This document shows positions 49,554-58,787 of a DNA stretch of 64,000 bases, piece by piece. The notes under the pieces are model-generated. The model saw only the letters and a program-made list of their open reading frames with translations. It did no database searches and was not told the DNA's origin. The position numbers were made by a program, and so were the translations under genes. Within the stretch, counting starts at the first letter, position 1. Each line of letters begins with the position of its first letter. Origin of the DNA: an uncultured Microthrixaceae bacterium (GTDB lineage Bacteria; Actinomycetota; Acidimicrobiia; Acidimicrobiales; VFJN01); the NCBI GenBank assembly GCA_963721695.1, contig CAVRKU010000011.1, forward strand, positions 1,014 through 65,013. Reading direction: 5' to 3'.

Positions 49554-51771
49554 TCACGCGAGATCGGGGAATCGGATGGCCACGATCTCCCAGATGGCGG
49601 CGGCGACGTCGTCCTCCGACGCCGTGCCGTCGACGATCGCCCAACGGTCCGGGTCGGCCATCGCCTGCACCAGGAAGCCGTCGTGGACCCGAGCGTGGAA
49701 CGCGTCGCCGGCCGACTCCACCCGATCCTTCGTCCGGGCCAGGCGAACCTCGGCGTCCTGCGGCGACACCTCGAGCAGCACGATCAGGTCCGGCCACAGG
49801 CCGTCGGTGGCCCACCGCGAGAGCCGCTCGACCTCCTCGGCCCGGAGCTGGCGTCCGTACCCCTGGTAGGCGATGGAGGAGCCGGCGAAGCGATCGGTGA
49901 TCACCGTCTTCCCGGCCTCGAGCGCGGGTTGGATCACCTCGACGACGTGCTGGGCGCGGTCGGCGGCCATGAGCAGGGCCTCGGCCCGATCGGTGATGTC
50001 GAGGTCAGGCGTCTCGAGCACCAGGCGCCGCACCTCGATGCCGAGGGGCGAGTCGCCGGGCTCGAAGGTGAAGAGCGCCCGACTGCCGAGGCGGTCGGCG
50101 AGCCGCCGCGCCTGGGTGGACTTGCCGCTCCCCTCGCCGCCCTCGAACGCGATGAAGTGACCCGTCACGCGTCGTCTTCCGGCTCGGGCGGGGGCGCCGG
50201 ACGCGAGGGTCGGCGCGGGCTCCGGGCGTTGGTGGCTGCGCTTCACCTCGGTGAACGGGGTCGTGAGGCCGGACACGATCTCGGCGCCCTCCTGCAGCAG
50301 CCGCTCATCGCGGGGATCGGGCACGCGACTCGTGATGTCGTCGTCCCGCGAGACCCGCAACGACAGCGCCGCCAGCACGCCGGCCCCCATGATGATGAGC
50401 CCGGCGAGCCACAGCGTGAGCCGCACGCCGGGCACGGCGATCGTGATGCCCGCGACCGTGATGCTGCCACCGACGAGGTTCTCGCTGAGCCGATCGAGCA
50501 GGGCGGCGAGGAACGGCCCGACCGCGAACGCGATCAGCACGCAGAAGCGGACCATCGTGTAGAGCGCCGAGAAGACCCGGCCGCGCAGCTCGTCCTCGAC
50601 GTTCTCGTGGAGCAGCGTGAAGCCGAGCACGTAGACCGAGCCCGCGCACACGCCCATGATCGCCACGAAGAGGGCCGCGAACTCGAGGGCCGACGTGGAA
50701 GCGGCAACGATCAGGGCCGCCCCCGCGACGAACAGCGACGCCGTGAACACCCGGGCCTTGGGGATGTGGCGTTGGAAGACGGAGAGCAGGACGACGCCGA
50801 CGGCGACCCCGCGTGCCGAGAGCGAAGATGAAGAAGCCGAACCCGGCCGTGCCCGCGTTGAGCACCTGGTCGGAGAAGAGGGGCCCGAGCGGCACGAGCA
50901 TGCCACCGCCGATGAGCCCCGCCGCCAGGCCCACGTTGACGGAGCGCACCACCGGGTTGATGAAGACGTAGGACCAGCCCTCCTTCAGCTCGTGGAAGGC
51001 CTGCCCGAAGTCGATCCGGCTGCCGTCGGTGCGCTGGCGCTTGTTCTTGGGCAACGTCAGCCGCGAGATGATGACGGCCGAGAGGACGAACGTGGCCGCG
51101 TCGACGTAGAACGCCATGCCCACCTGGTTGGTGCGAAGGCCGTCCAGTGCGCCGATGTTGCCGAGGACCTCGCTCAGGCCGGCGAGCAGGGAGAACAGGC
51201 CGGCCGCGATCGGCATGGTGCCGTAGGCCGCGACGAGCGAGAGCGAGTTGGCCGTGGTGAGGTGGTCGGGCGGCACGAGGTGGGGGACGGATGCCTCCTT
51301 CGCCGGCGTCCACAGCAGGGTGAAGCACTCGAGCACGAGCGAGGCGATCACCAGCCCCCGCACCGTGTCGACGAAGGGCAGCGTCAGGAGGACGGCCGCA
51401 CGGCCGAGGTCGCACGTGACCATCAGCCGCTTGCGGTCGAACCGGTCGACGATCACCCCCGCCGCCGGGCCGAGGAAGAAGCCCGGCACGATGCGCGCGG
51501 ACATCACCAGGCCGACCGCGGCCGCCGGCGAGCCCTGGGCGATGTCGGCCGCGAGCGCGGCGATGGCCAGGAAGCCGAGCCAGTCGCCGGTGGCCGATGC
51601 GACCTGCGTCAGCCAGAGGTGGAAGAACTGCGACGACCCGAACAGCCGCACGTGCAACCCGGGCTTGTCGTCCGGGCTGCCCACAGCGGGCGACGGTTCG
51701 GTGGGTGCGTCGTGCCCGACCTGTTCGAGCCCGGGCAGCGGCACCTGGCGCTGTTCCGCCATCGGGTCCAC
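49554..51771 (-). CDS. tmk: MFS-transporter domain fused to thymidylate kinase; one frame change as sequenced
   Basis: ORF 50305..51771 (MFS helices: LFGSSQFFHLWLTQVASATGDWLGFLAIAAL...) joins ORF 49554..50906 after removing one G from a G run near 50808 (FFIFALGTR|VAVGVVLLSVFQRHIPK...). The C-terminal ~200 aa are dTMP kinase (FIAFEGGEGSGKSTQARRLA, DRFAGSSIAYQG). Confidence 0.8.
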
Positions 51772-51800
51772 GTTACGGGTCGGGCGCGGATCGCCCGCGA

Positions 51801-54449
51801 TCAGGACGCTGACGGTGGGTCGGCGCGCTTGGCGGCCTTCTTGGCGGGGGCCTTCGCCGCCTTCTTGGCCGTCTTCTTCGCGGGCTTCTTGCTCGGCGCC
51901 TTCTTGGCACCCTTGCGGGCCTTCTTGGCCGGGCCGGCGTCACGGCGGATCTGCAGCAGCTCGGCGGCCCGCTCGATGGTGACGTTCTCGACCGTGTCGC
52001 CCTTGCGCAGGCTGGCGTTCGTCTCGCCATCGGTCACGTACGGGCCGAAGCGACCGTCCTTCACCACGACGGGCTTCTCCGAGACAGGGTCGTTGCCGAG
52101 CTCCTTCAGCGGGGGGGCCGGCGCGGCCTTGCGGCGACCGAACTTCTTGGGCTCGGCGAGGACCTTCACGGCGTCGTCCACGGAGATCGTGAGGAGCTCC
52201 TCCTCCGTGTCGACGCTGCGCGTCTCCTCGCCCCACTTGAGGAAGGGGCCGTAGCGGCCGTTGGCGGCGATGATCTCGCCGCCGTCGCTGGGGTGGGCGC
52301 CGACGACGCGCGGGAGCTGCAGGACCTGGAGGGCCTCCTCCAGGGTGATCGTCGACAGGGACATCGTCTGGAACAGCGATGCCATCTTGGGCTTGGTGTC
52401 CGGCGGCAGCGTGTCGGCGTCGCCGAGCTGCACGAAGGGTCCGAAGCGCCCGCTCTTCGCGAACACCGGCAGGCCCGTGACCGGATCGTCGCCGAGCGGT
52501 TCGCCCCCCTTGGGCGCGGACAGGATCTCGACGGCCCGATCGATGGTGAGCTCGTCGAGCGGCAGGTCCTCGGGCACGGACGCCGTGTCCTCGCCGCGCT
52601 TGAGGTAGGGGCCGTAGCGACCGTTGCGCACCACGATCGGCTCGCCGTTGTCGTCGACGCCGAGCGGGATCGTGTTGATCGCCTCGGCGTCGGCCTCCTC
52701 GAGAGCCTTGTCCTTCAGCCCCTTCACGCCCGGCGTGCCGTTGCCGAACCAGAACTGGTGGAGCCAGGGCACTCGCTGCTGGCGGCCCCCGGCGATCTCG
52801 TCGAGGTCGTCCTCCATGCGGGCGGTGAACTCGTAGTCGACCAGGTGGCTGAAGTGCTCCTCGAGCAGGCTCACCACCGCGAACGCATCGGTGGTGGGGA
52901 CGAGGGCCTGGCCCTTCTTCCAGACGTACCCGCGATCCTGGATCGTCTGCATGATCGACGCGTAGGTGGACGGCCGGCCGATGCCCTTCTCCTCCAACGT
53001 CTTGACCAGCGTCGCCTCGGTGTAGCGGGCCGGGGGCTGGGTCGTGTGCCCATCGGCCTCGACGAGCGGGTCGGGCAGCGCCTGGCCCTGCTCGAGGGTC
53101 GGGAGCTTGGCGGTCTCGTCGCCCGCATCCTCGGCGTCGTCGTCGCCGCTGAACCCGTAGACCGCCTGCCAGCCGGGGAAGGTGATCGTGCGGCCCGAGG
53201 CGGTCCACTCGGTGGCGACGTCGTCGGTGGTCGTGGCGGCGATCCGCACCGTGACCGTGTTGCCGCGAGCGTCGGGCATCTGGCTGGCCAGGGTGCGCTG
53301 CCAGATCAGCTCGTAGAGCCGGAGCTGATCGCCCCGCAGCTCGCTGCGCAGCTGATCGGGGCTGCGCCACGAGTCCCCCGCGGGGCGGATGGCCTCGTGG
53401 GCCTCCTGGGCGTTCTTGCTCTTCTTGGCGTACACCCGCGGTCCGTCGGTGAGGTACTCCCGACCGAACTGGCGCTCGATCACCTGGCGCGCGGCGCGGA
53501 CCGCGGTGTCGGACAGCGTGGTGCTGTCGGTGCGCATGTAGGTGATGTAGCCGTCCTCGTAGAGGCCCTGCGCGATCGACATCACCTGGCGACTGCTCAT
53601 GCGGAGCCGCGATCCGCCCACCTGCTGCAGGGTCGAGGTGATGAACGGCGGCTTGGGCCGCGAGGTGTACGGCTTCGTGTCGACGCTCGTGACCGAGAAC
53701 GGCCGGTCGACGAGGCCGTCCTTGAGCCGCTGTGCGCCCACCTCGTCGAGCACGGCGACGTCGTCGCGCTTGGCCCGGCCCTGGGAGTCGAAGTCGCGGC
53801 TGCCCGCCACGCGGTGCCCGTCGAGGGTGGCCAGCGAGGCGGTGAAGGCGGGCTCGGTGGGGAACGCCGCCCGCAGGTCCCAGTAGCTGGCCGCCACGAA
53901 GGCCATGCGCTCGCGCTCTCGTTCGACGACGAGTCGGACGCTGGGCGACTGGACCCGCCCCGCGCTCAGGCCCTGGCGGATCTTGCGCCAGCACACCTCG
54001 GAGACGGGGTAGCCGTAGAGGCGGTCGACGATGCGACGGCTCTCCTGGGCGTCGACGAGGCCGTAGTCGACGTCGCGGCTCTCGTCGATGGCGTGCTGGA
54101 TGGCGGCCTGGGTGATCTCGTGGAACACCATCCGCTTCACGGGCACCGTCGGCTTCAGCACCTCGAGGAGGTGCCACGAGATGGCCTCGCCCTCGCGGTC
54201 CTCATCCGTCGCGAGGTAGAGCTCGTCGGCGTCCTTGAGCGCCCGCTTCAGCTCGGCGATCGTCGCCTTCTTGCTGGCGTGCACCTCGTAGTCGACCTTG
54301 AAGTCGTTGTCGACGTCGACGCTGAGCCCCTTCGCGGGCAGGTCGCGGATGTGGCCCATCGACGCGAGCACGGTGAACTCGCCGCCCAGGAAGCCCTCGA
54401 TGGTGCGGGCTTTGGCGGGGGACTCCACGATCACGAGCGGCTTGGGCAT
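51801..54449 (-). CDS. topA: DNA topoisomerase I
   Basis: ORF 51801..54521 trimmed to ATG 54449: MPKPLVIVESPAKARTIEGFLG (TOPRIM). It has the active-site region GYITYMRTDS and the Lys/Ala-rich basic tail (KKARKGAKKAPSKKPAKKTAKKAAKAPAKKAAK) typical of actinobacterial TopA. Confidence 0.95.
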   Translation of the reverse strand: MPKPLVIVESPAKARTIEGFLGGEFTVLASMGHIRDLPAKGLSVDVDNDFKVDYEVHASKKATIAELKRALKDADELYLATDEDREGEAISWHLLEVLKPTVPVKRMVFHEITQAAIQHAIDESRDVDYGLVDAQESRRIVDRLYGYPVSEVCWRKIRQGLSAGRVQSPSVRLVVERERERMAFVAASYWDLRAAFPTEPAFTASLATLDGHRVAGSRDFDSQGRAKRDDVAVLDEVGAQRLKDGLVDRPFSVTSVDTKPYTSRPKPPFITSTLQQVGGSRLRMSSRQVMSIAQGLYEDGYITYMRTDSTTLSDTAVRAARQVIERQFGREYLTDGPRVYAKKSKNAQEAHEAIRPAGDSWRSPDQLRSELRGDQLRLYELIWQRTLASQMPDARGNTVTVRIAATTTDDVATEWTASGRTITFPGWQAVYGFSGDDDAEDAGDETAKLPTLEQGQALPDPLVEADGHTTQPPARYTEATLVKTLEEKGIGRPSTYASIMQTIQDRGYVWKKGQALVPTTDAFAVVSLLEEHFSHLVDYEFTARMEDDLDEIAGGRQQRVPWLHQFWFGNGTPGVKGLKDKALEEADAEAINTIPLGVDDNGEPIVVRNGRYGPYLKRGEDTASVPEDLPLDELTIDRAVEILSAPKGGEPLGDDPVTGLPVFAKSGRFGPFVQLGDADTLPPDTKPKMASLFQTMSLSTITLEEALQVLQLPRVVGAHPSDGGEIIAANGRYGPFLKWGEETRSVDTEEELLTISVDDAVKVLAEPKKFGRRKAAPAPPLKELGNDPVSEKPVVVKDGRFGPYVTDGETNASLRKGDTVENVTIERAAELLQIRRDAGPAKKARKGAKKAPSKKPAKKTAKKAAKAPAKKAAKRADPPSAS

Positions 54450-54515
54450 CGGCGCAACATTGACCCCACGGCCGGGGCGCTTGTCAAACAGGGTCTTGAC
54501 TCGGACATACATACC

Positions 54516-54535
54516 TGTCATGTATATATGTCATG
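54516..54535. promoter_or_regulatory. AT-rich island with direct repeat TGTCATG-TATATA-TGTCATG at the divergent topA / GGDEF-RHH promoter region
   Basis: 54501-54535 reads TCGGACATACATACCTGTCATGTATATATGTCATG, by far the most AT-rich stretch I saw in the window. The second TGTCATG contains the ATG of the downstream gene. TTGACT lies at 54496-54501 (+) and TTGACA at 54487-54482 (-). Confidence 0.4.
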
Positions 54536-55198
54536 AGCATCACCTCTGGAAGCACCCCCTCGCCGACCGTCGACGTGGCCGAGTTCATCGCCCTCGTCGA
54601 CGCCTCGACCGCCCGACCCAGCGATGACCACGCGGCCCTCGCGAGCGGTGCCGGACGGGCGCTCGCCGTGGCCGTCGCCGACCTCGATCGGTTCCAACAG
54701 GTCAACGACGCGCTCGGCTTCGAGGCCGGCGACCGGGTCCTCACGGCCTTCGAGCGGACCCTCTCCGGCAGCCTCCCCGCCGATGCCGTCATCGCCCGCA
54801 TCAGCGGCGACGAGTACGCGATCGCCCTGCCGGGCACGTCGGCGGAGAGCGCGCTGATCCAGCTGGAGGAGGTCCGCACCCACTACGCCGCGCACGGCGT
54901 GGCGGGGGTCGACGCGCCGCTCGACGCGTCGTTCGGCATCGCCGCCCGTCCGCCGCACGCGGAGGACACCGGCGACGTGCTCCGGTGCGCGGCCGAGGCC
55001 CTCATGCGCGCCAAGCGCGAGGGGGCGGGCCGCAGCGTCATCTACATCGAGGAGAAGATGACGATGAAGAGCAACTACTACTCCCGCGCCATGCTCGACC
55101 GGCTCGGCAAGCTGTCCAGCGCCACGAGCCGCACGGAGGCGAGCCTCCTGCGCGAGGCCCTCGACGACCTGCTCGCCAAGCACCGCGAGAAGCTGTGA
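54533..55198 (+). CDS. Degenerate GGDEF domain (SGDEY) fused to a C-terminal ribbon-helix-helix (CopG-like) domain
   Basis: Intact 221-aa ORF with DLDRFQQVNDALGFEAGDRVL...ARISGDEYAIALPG...ALMRAKREGAGRSVIY (GGDEF fold). The tail is SNYYSRAMLDRLGKLSSATSRTEASLLREALDDLLAKHREKL (RHH-like). Confidence 0.7.
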   Translation: MSITSGSTPSPTVDVAEFIALVDASTARPSDDHAALASGAGRALAVAVADLDRFQQVNDALGFEAGDRVLTAFERTLSGSLPADAVIARISGDEYAIALPGTSAESALIQLEEVRTHYAAHGVAGVDAPLDASFGIAARPPHAEDTGDVLRCAAEALMRAKREGAGRSVIYIEEKMTMKSNYYSRAMLDRLGKLSSATSRTEASLLREALDDLLAKHREKL

Positions 55199-55216
55199 TC
55201 ACGGCAGGCTGGAGGC

Positions 55217-55640
55217 ATGGACCTCACCACAGCGCTCACCTTCGCCCGCGAGCACCGTCGGGGCGTGCTCACCAGCCAGAAGCGTGACGGCCGCCCGCAG
55301 CTGTCCAACGTGATGTTCGCGGTCGGCGACGACGACGTCATCCGGGTGTCGATCACCGCGGATCGCGCCAAGTACAAGAACCTGGCCCGTGACCCACGCG
55401 CCTCGTTGCACGTGACGCCGGGAGGACTTCTTCGCCTACGTGGTGCTCGAGGGCGATGTGGAGCTCAGCGCCATCGCCGCGGCCCCCGACGATGCCACGG
55501 TCGACGAGCTCGTCGACGTCTACCGCGCCATGGGCGGCGAGCACCCCAACTGGGACGAGTTCCGGGACGCGATGGTCACCGACCGTCGCGTCGCCCTCCG
55601 CCTGCGCCCGACCCACGCCTACGGCATGCTGCCCAGCTGA
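55217..55640 (+). CDS. Pyridoxamine 5'-phosphate oxidase-family (PPOX class, probably F420-dependent) protein; one frame change as sequenced
   Basis: MDLTTALTFAREHRRGVLTSQKRDGRPQLSNVMFAVGDDDVIRVSITADRAKYKNLARDPRASLHVT continues as REDFFAYVVLEGDVELSAIAAAPDDATVDELVDVYRAMGGEHPNWDEFRDAMVTDRRVALRLRPTHAYGML (ORF 55440..55640) once the extra C near 55419 is removed. Confidence 0.7.
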
Positions 55641-55655
55641 CCGGCGGGTCGGGCC

Positions 55656-55781
55656 CCGACGCGGCCTGCGACAGAACGCGCTCTCGGCGGTCGTCCGTTG
55701 TCGCAGGCGACCGGGGCGTTGGGACCGAGTGCTCGGCCTGCGACCGTCCTCGACCCATGCGGGCGCGTTCTGTCGCAGGCG
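55656..55781. repeat. ~125-bp palindromic element with terminal inverted repeats (family 2, copy A)
   Basis: GCCTGCGACAGAACGCGC (55664-55681) is the perfect reverse complement of GCGCGTTCTGTCGCAGGC (55763-55780). Internally there are two further GCCTGCGAC/GTCGCAGGC motifs in alternating orientation. Non-coding (poor frames). Confidence 0.7.
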
Positions 55782-55795
55782 GACTCCTCCGCCCA

Positions 55796-56722
55796 TCAGG
55801 CGGCGCGGGCCAGCTCTCGCGCTGCCCGGACGGCCGCCACGATCTCGCCGGGACGATCGCGGTACGCGTCCCACGTGAAGCGAAGGACGATCCAGCCTTC
55901 GAGGACGAGCTTGTTCTGCCGTGGGCGGTCCCGCTCGAAGACGTCGCGGCGTTGGTGGTCTCCCCCATCGAGCTCGATGGCGATCTTCAGCTCCGGGTAC
56001 GCCAGGTCGACCTCCGCGAGCTGCCGTCCGCTCGCATCGTGGATGGGGTGGTGGATGACCGGTTCCGGCAGCCCGTGCTCGACCAGCAGCGAGAGCACCA
56101 GGAGCTCGAAGTCGCTGTCTGTGATCTCCTCCCGGTGGACGCCAGTGGCGATGGCTCTTCGCAGCCTCCTGATCCCCGGCCGCCCACAACGAGCGTGCTT
56201 CGCGAGCGTTGCGATCAGTTCGGACCATGAGGTCAGCTTGAGCCTCCTCGCCGACTCGATCGCCAGCGTGAGCCGCCGATCGCTCGTGCGTCGCGCGAGG
56301 TCCAGCAGCGTTCGGGCCGGGTCGGTGAGTGGCAGTCCGAAGCGCCGGCGGATCCCGCACCGGTCGAGGTCCGTGCTCTCGTGCACCACCACCGAGGCGC
56401 GGCGGAACCTCCGCCCGCGCGGCACGGTGAGCTCCGGGATCCCCGGCCGGAAGCCGTCGAGACCCCAGAGGGCCGCCGCCGCTCGATGGGAGACGACGGC
56501 ACCCTCACCGGCGGAGAGCACCAGGCCCATGAGCTTCCCCTCCCACGTGAGCGTGGCCCCTCCGACGAGGTAGAGGTCCGGGCCCAGGACCGTCAGCCTT
56601 CCGCTTGCTACGCGCCGCTGGAGCATCCGCCTCGTGACCCCGCTCCCGGCCAGCTGCGTCCCGACGAACACGCTGTGCTGCCGGCGGGCGAGCGCCGAGA
56701 TCGCTGCATCGGCATCCCTCAT
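55796..56722 (-). CDS. AbiEi-like N-terminal HTH domain fused to a DUF559 (Vsr-like endonuclease fold) domain
   Basis: Intact 308-aa ORF. N-terminus: ALARRQHSVFVGTQLAGSGVTRRMLQRRVASGRLTVLGPDLYLVGG. C-terminus: SDFELLVLSLLVEHGLPEPVIHHPI...AEVDLAYPELKIAIELDGGDHQRRDVFERDRPRQNKLVLEGWIVLRFTW. Confidence 0.8.
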   Translation of the reverse strand: MRDADAAISALARRQHSVFVGTQLAGSGVTRRMLQRRVASGRLTVLGPDLYLVGGATLTWEGKLMGLVLSAGEGAVVSHRAAAALWGLDGFRPGIPELTVPRGRRFRRASVVVHESTDLDRCGIRRRFGLPLTDPARTLLDLARRTSDRRLTLAIESARRLKLTSWSELIATLAKHARCGRPGIRRLRRAIATGVHREEITDSDFELLVLSLLVEHGLPEPVIHHPIHDASGRQLAEVDLAYPELKIAIELDGGDHQRRDVFERDRPRQNKLVLEGWIVLRFTWDAYRDRPGEIVAAVRAARELARAA

Positions 56723-56818
56723 GGCGCCTTCTCCCAGTTCGACCGCATCACCGGGGGAGGCGATCGAACGCTAGAGACGGGAGTCAGCCGCGCCTAGGGG
56801 GTCGATCCACGGGCGCCG

Positions 56819-56942
56819 CCGACGCGGCCTGCGACAAAACGCGCTCTTGGCGGTCGTCGGTTGTCGCAGGCCTGCCAGGGGTTGGAACGGCGTGACAGCC
56901 TGCGACATCTCGCGACCCATACGGGCGCGGTCTGTCGCAGGC
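56819..56942. repeat. ~125-bp palindromic element (family 2, copy B), same orientation as copy A
   Basis: The first 52 nt differ from copy A at 3 positions (CCGACGCGGCCTGCGACAAAACGCGCTCTTGGCGGTCGTCGGTTGTCGCAGGC). The centre has diverged. The end is ...GACCCATACGGGCGCGGTCTGTCGCAGGC. The outer inverted repeats GACGCGGCCTGCGACA / TGTCGCAGGCCGCGTC are perfect. Confidence 0.7.
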
Positions 56943-56978
56943 CGCGTCCGGCGTGGGCGCCTGGCGGCGGGCGCCGGG

Positions 56979-58157
56979 TCAGACCTGGAGGAGGATGGCG
57001 TCGCCCTGACCGCCGCCGCCGCACAGGGCCGCGGCACCGAGGCCACCGCCGCGACGGCCCAGCTCGAGCAGCAGGGTGAGCGCCACGCGCGTGCCGGACA
57101 TGCCGACCGGATGGCCGAGGGCGATGGCGCCGCCGTTCACGTTGACGATGTCGTCGGTGATGCCGAGATCCGTCATCGACGCCAGTCCGACGGCCGCGAA
57201 GGCCTCGTTGAGCTCGAACAGCGAGATGTCGCTCACCGAGCGACCTGATCGCTCGGCCGCCGCCTTGATGGCCCGCGCCGGCTGCGTCAACAGGGACGGG
57301 TCGGGGCCGGCCACCTGGCCGTAGCCGACGACCTCGCCCAGCGGTGTGACACCGAGCTTCTCGGCCGCCGCCTTGGACGCCACGATGACCGCGGCGCCGC
57401 CGTCGGAGATCTGCGACGCGTTGCCGGCCGTGATGTTGCCGGCCTTGTCGAAGGCCGGGCGGAGGCCGGCCAGCGACTCGGCGGTGGTCTCGCCGCGCAC
57501 ACCCTCATCGGTGTCGAAGACGATCGGGTCGCCCTTGCGCTGCGGGATCTCGACCTTGACGATCTCGTTGTCGAACAGGCCGTCCTTCGCGGCGCGAGCG
57601 GCCCGCTCGTGCGACTTGGCCGCCAGCTCGTCCTGCGGCTCCCGGGCCAGCCCGGCGGAGGCGGCGTACTTCTCGGTGCCGGCGCCCATCGCGACCTGGT
57701 CGAAGGCGCAGAAGAGGCCGTCGAACATCATCGAGTCGACCACCTTCTGGTCGCCGATGCGGTACCCGGCCCTCGCGCCCGGGAGCAGGTAGGGGGCCTG
57801 GGTCATGGACTCCATGCCGCCGGCCACGACGACGTCGGCATCGCCGTCCTGGATCATCTTGTCGGCGAGGTAGATCGAGTTGAGGCCGGAGAGGCACACC
57901 TTGTTGATCGTGGTGGCGGGCACGGTCATCGGGATGCCGCCGTGGTTGGCGGCCTGACGGGCGGCGATCTGGCCGGCACCCGCCTGGAGCACCTGGCCCA
58001 TGAACACGTAGTCGATCTGGTCGCCGGTGAGGCCGGCCCGTGCCAGCGCCTCCTTGATGGCCAGCCCGCCGAGCTCGGCGGCGGAGAACCCCGCCAGTGC
58101 GCCGGACAGCTTGCCGATCGGCGTGCGGGCGCCCGCCAGGATCACAGAACCAGCCAT
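56979..58157 (-). CDS. Acetyl-CoA C-acetyltransferase (thiolase II)
   Basis: Intact 392-aa ORF with active-site Cys region INKVCLSGLNSI, and C-terminal NVNGGAIALGHPVGMSG and ALCGGGGQG. Confidence 0.9.
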   Translation of the reverse strand: MAGSVILAGARTPIGKLSGALAGFSAAELGGLAIKEALARAGLTGDQIDYVFMGQVLQAGAGQIAARQAANHGGIPMTVPATTINKVCLSGLNSIYLADKMIQDGDADVVVAGGMESMTQAPYLLPGARAGYRIGDQKVVDSMMFDGLFCAFDQVAMGAGTEKYAASAGLAREPQDELAAKSHERAARAAKDGLFDNEIVKVEIPQRKGDPIVFDTDEGVRGETTAESLAGLRPAFDKAGNITAGNASQISDGGAAVIVASKAAAEKLGVTPLGEVVGYGQVAGPDPSLLTQPARAIKAAAERSGRSVSDISLFELNEAFAAVGLASMTDLGITDDIVNVNGGAIALGHPVGMSGTRVALTLLLELGRRGGGLGAAALCGGGGQGDAILLQV

Positions 58158-58238
58158 GCAACTTCCCCCAAGGAACGTCGGGTTGTGGTCGGCCCAGCGT
58201 AGTGACGTGCGGGCGAGACCGGCCAGACGGGGAGGACC

Positions 58239-58600
58239 TCAGGGGCCGAAGGTGAAGGATCCCTCGAAGGCCCGGGAGATGGCCGACTTGAGCATGCGAT
58301 CGAGACCGGTGGCGAGCCCGCGTCCTCGGCGCCGCGAGCCGATGCCACCGGGCCACCTCGCGCGGGATCCGGCGGATCGTCGAGGTCGATGACCTGCGCC
58401 TCGGCAGGGGTCTGGCCGATGACCACGGCCTTCTGCTCGGCCACGGCGAGCAGGCGACGGGCCTTGGCGACGAGGAGCTCGGCCTCCTGCTCTCGCTGCT
58501 GGCGATAGCGATCGGCGTCGTGGCGGATCCGCGCCGCATCCTCCTCCGCGCGGTCGAGGAGCTCACGCGCCGCCCCGTAGGCCTCGGTCACGTCCGCCAT
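58239..58600 (-). CDS. Small coiled-coil hypothetical protein; probable frame change
   Basis: Part of ORF 58142..58801 from ATG 58600: MADVTEAYGAARELLDRAEEDAARIRHDADRYRQQREQEAELLVAKARRLLAVAEQKAVVIGQ... The better-GC3 frame near the 3' end reads ...GLATGLDRMLKSAISRAFEGSFTFGP* (TGA 58239-58241). This implies a shift around 58320. Confidence 0.4.
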
Positions 58601-58787
58601 CTCTGCGTTGGAGCCACCACTGACCACTTGCCCTCCCACCCCGCCCGTTGTCGATGATGGTAACGGTTCGCTGCCTCGGCGCGCGGATCGGTAGAGTCGT
58701 ACGACCTGCAGCGGGCCAACGTCGTCCCACCGCAGAGCTCTGGACCTGCTCTCTTCGATCCACCGCTCCCGGGATGGACAACTGCTG

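Noticed and set aside
55656-56942. Possible CRISPR-like repeat-spacer structure
   Set aside because: There are only two repeat copies. They are ~125 bp long, only partly identical, and separated by a 1-kb protein-coding gene. No cas genes are present.
58640-58787. GlnR box upstream of gltB (GTAAC at about 58651)
   Set aside because: Only one half-site-like GTAAC is present. The expected gTnAc-N6-GaAAc pairing is not there.
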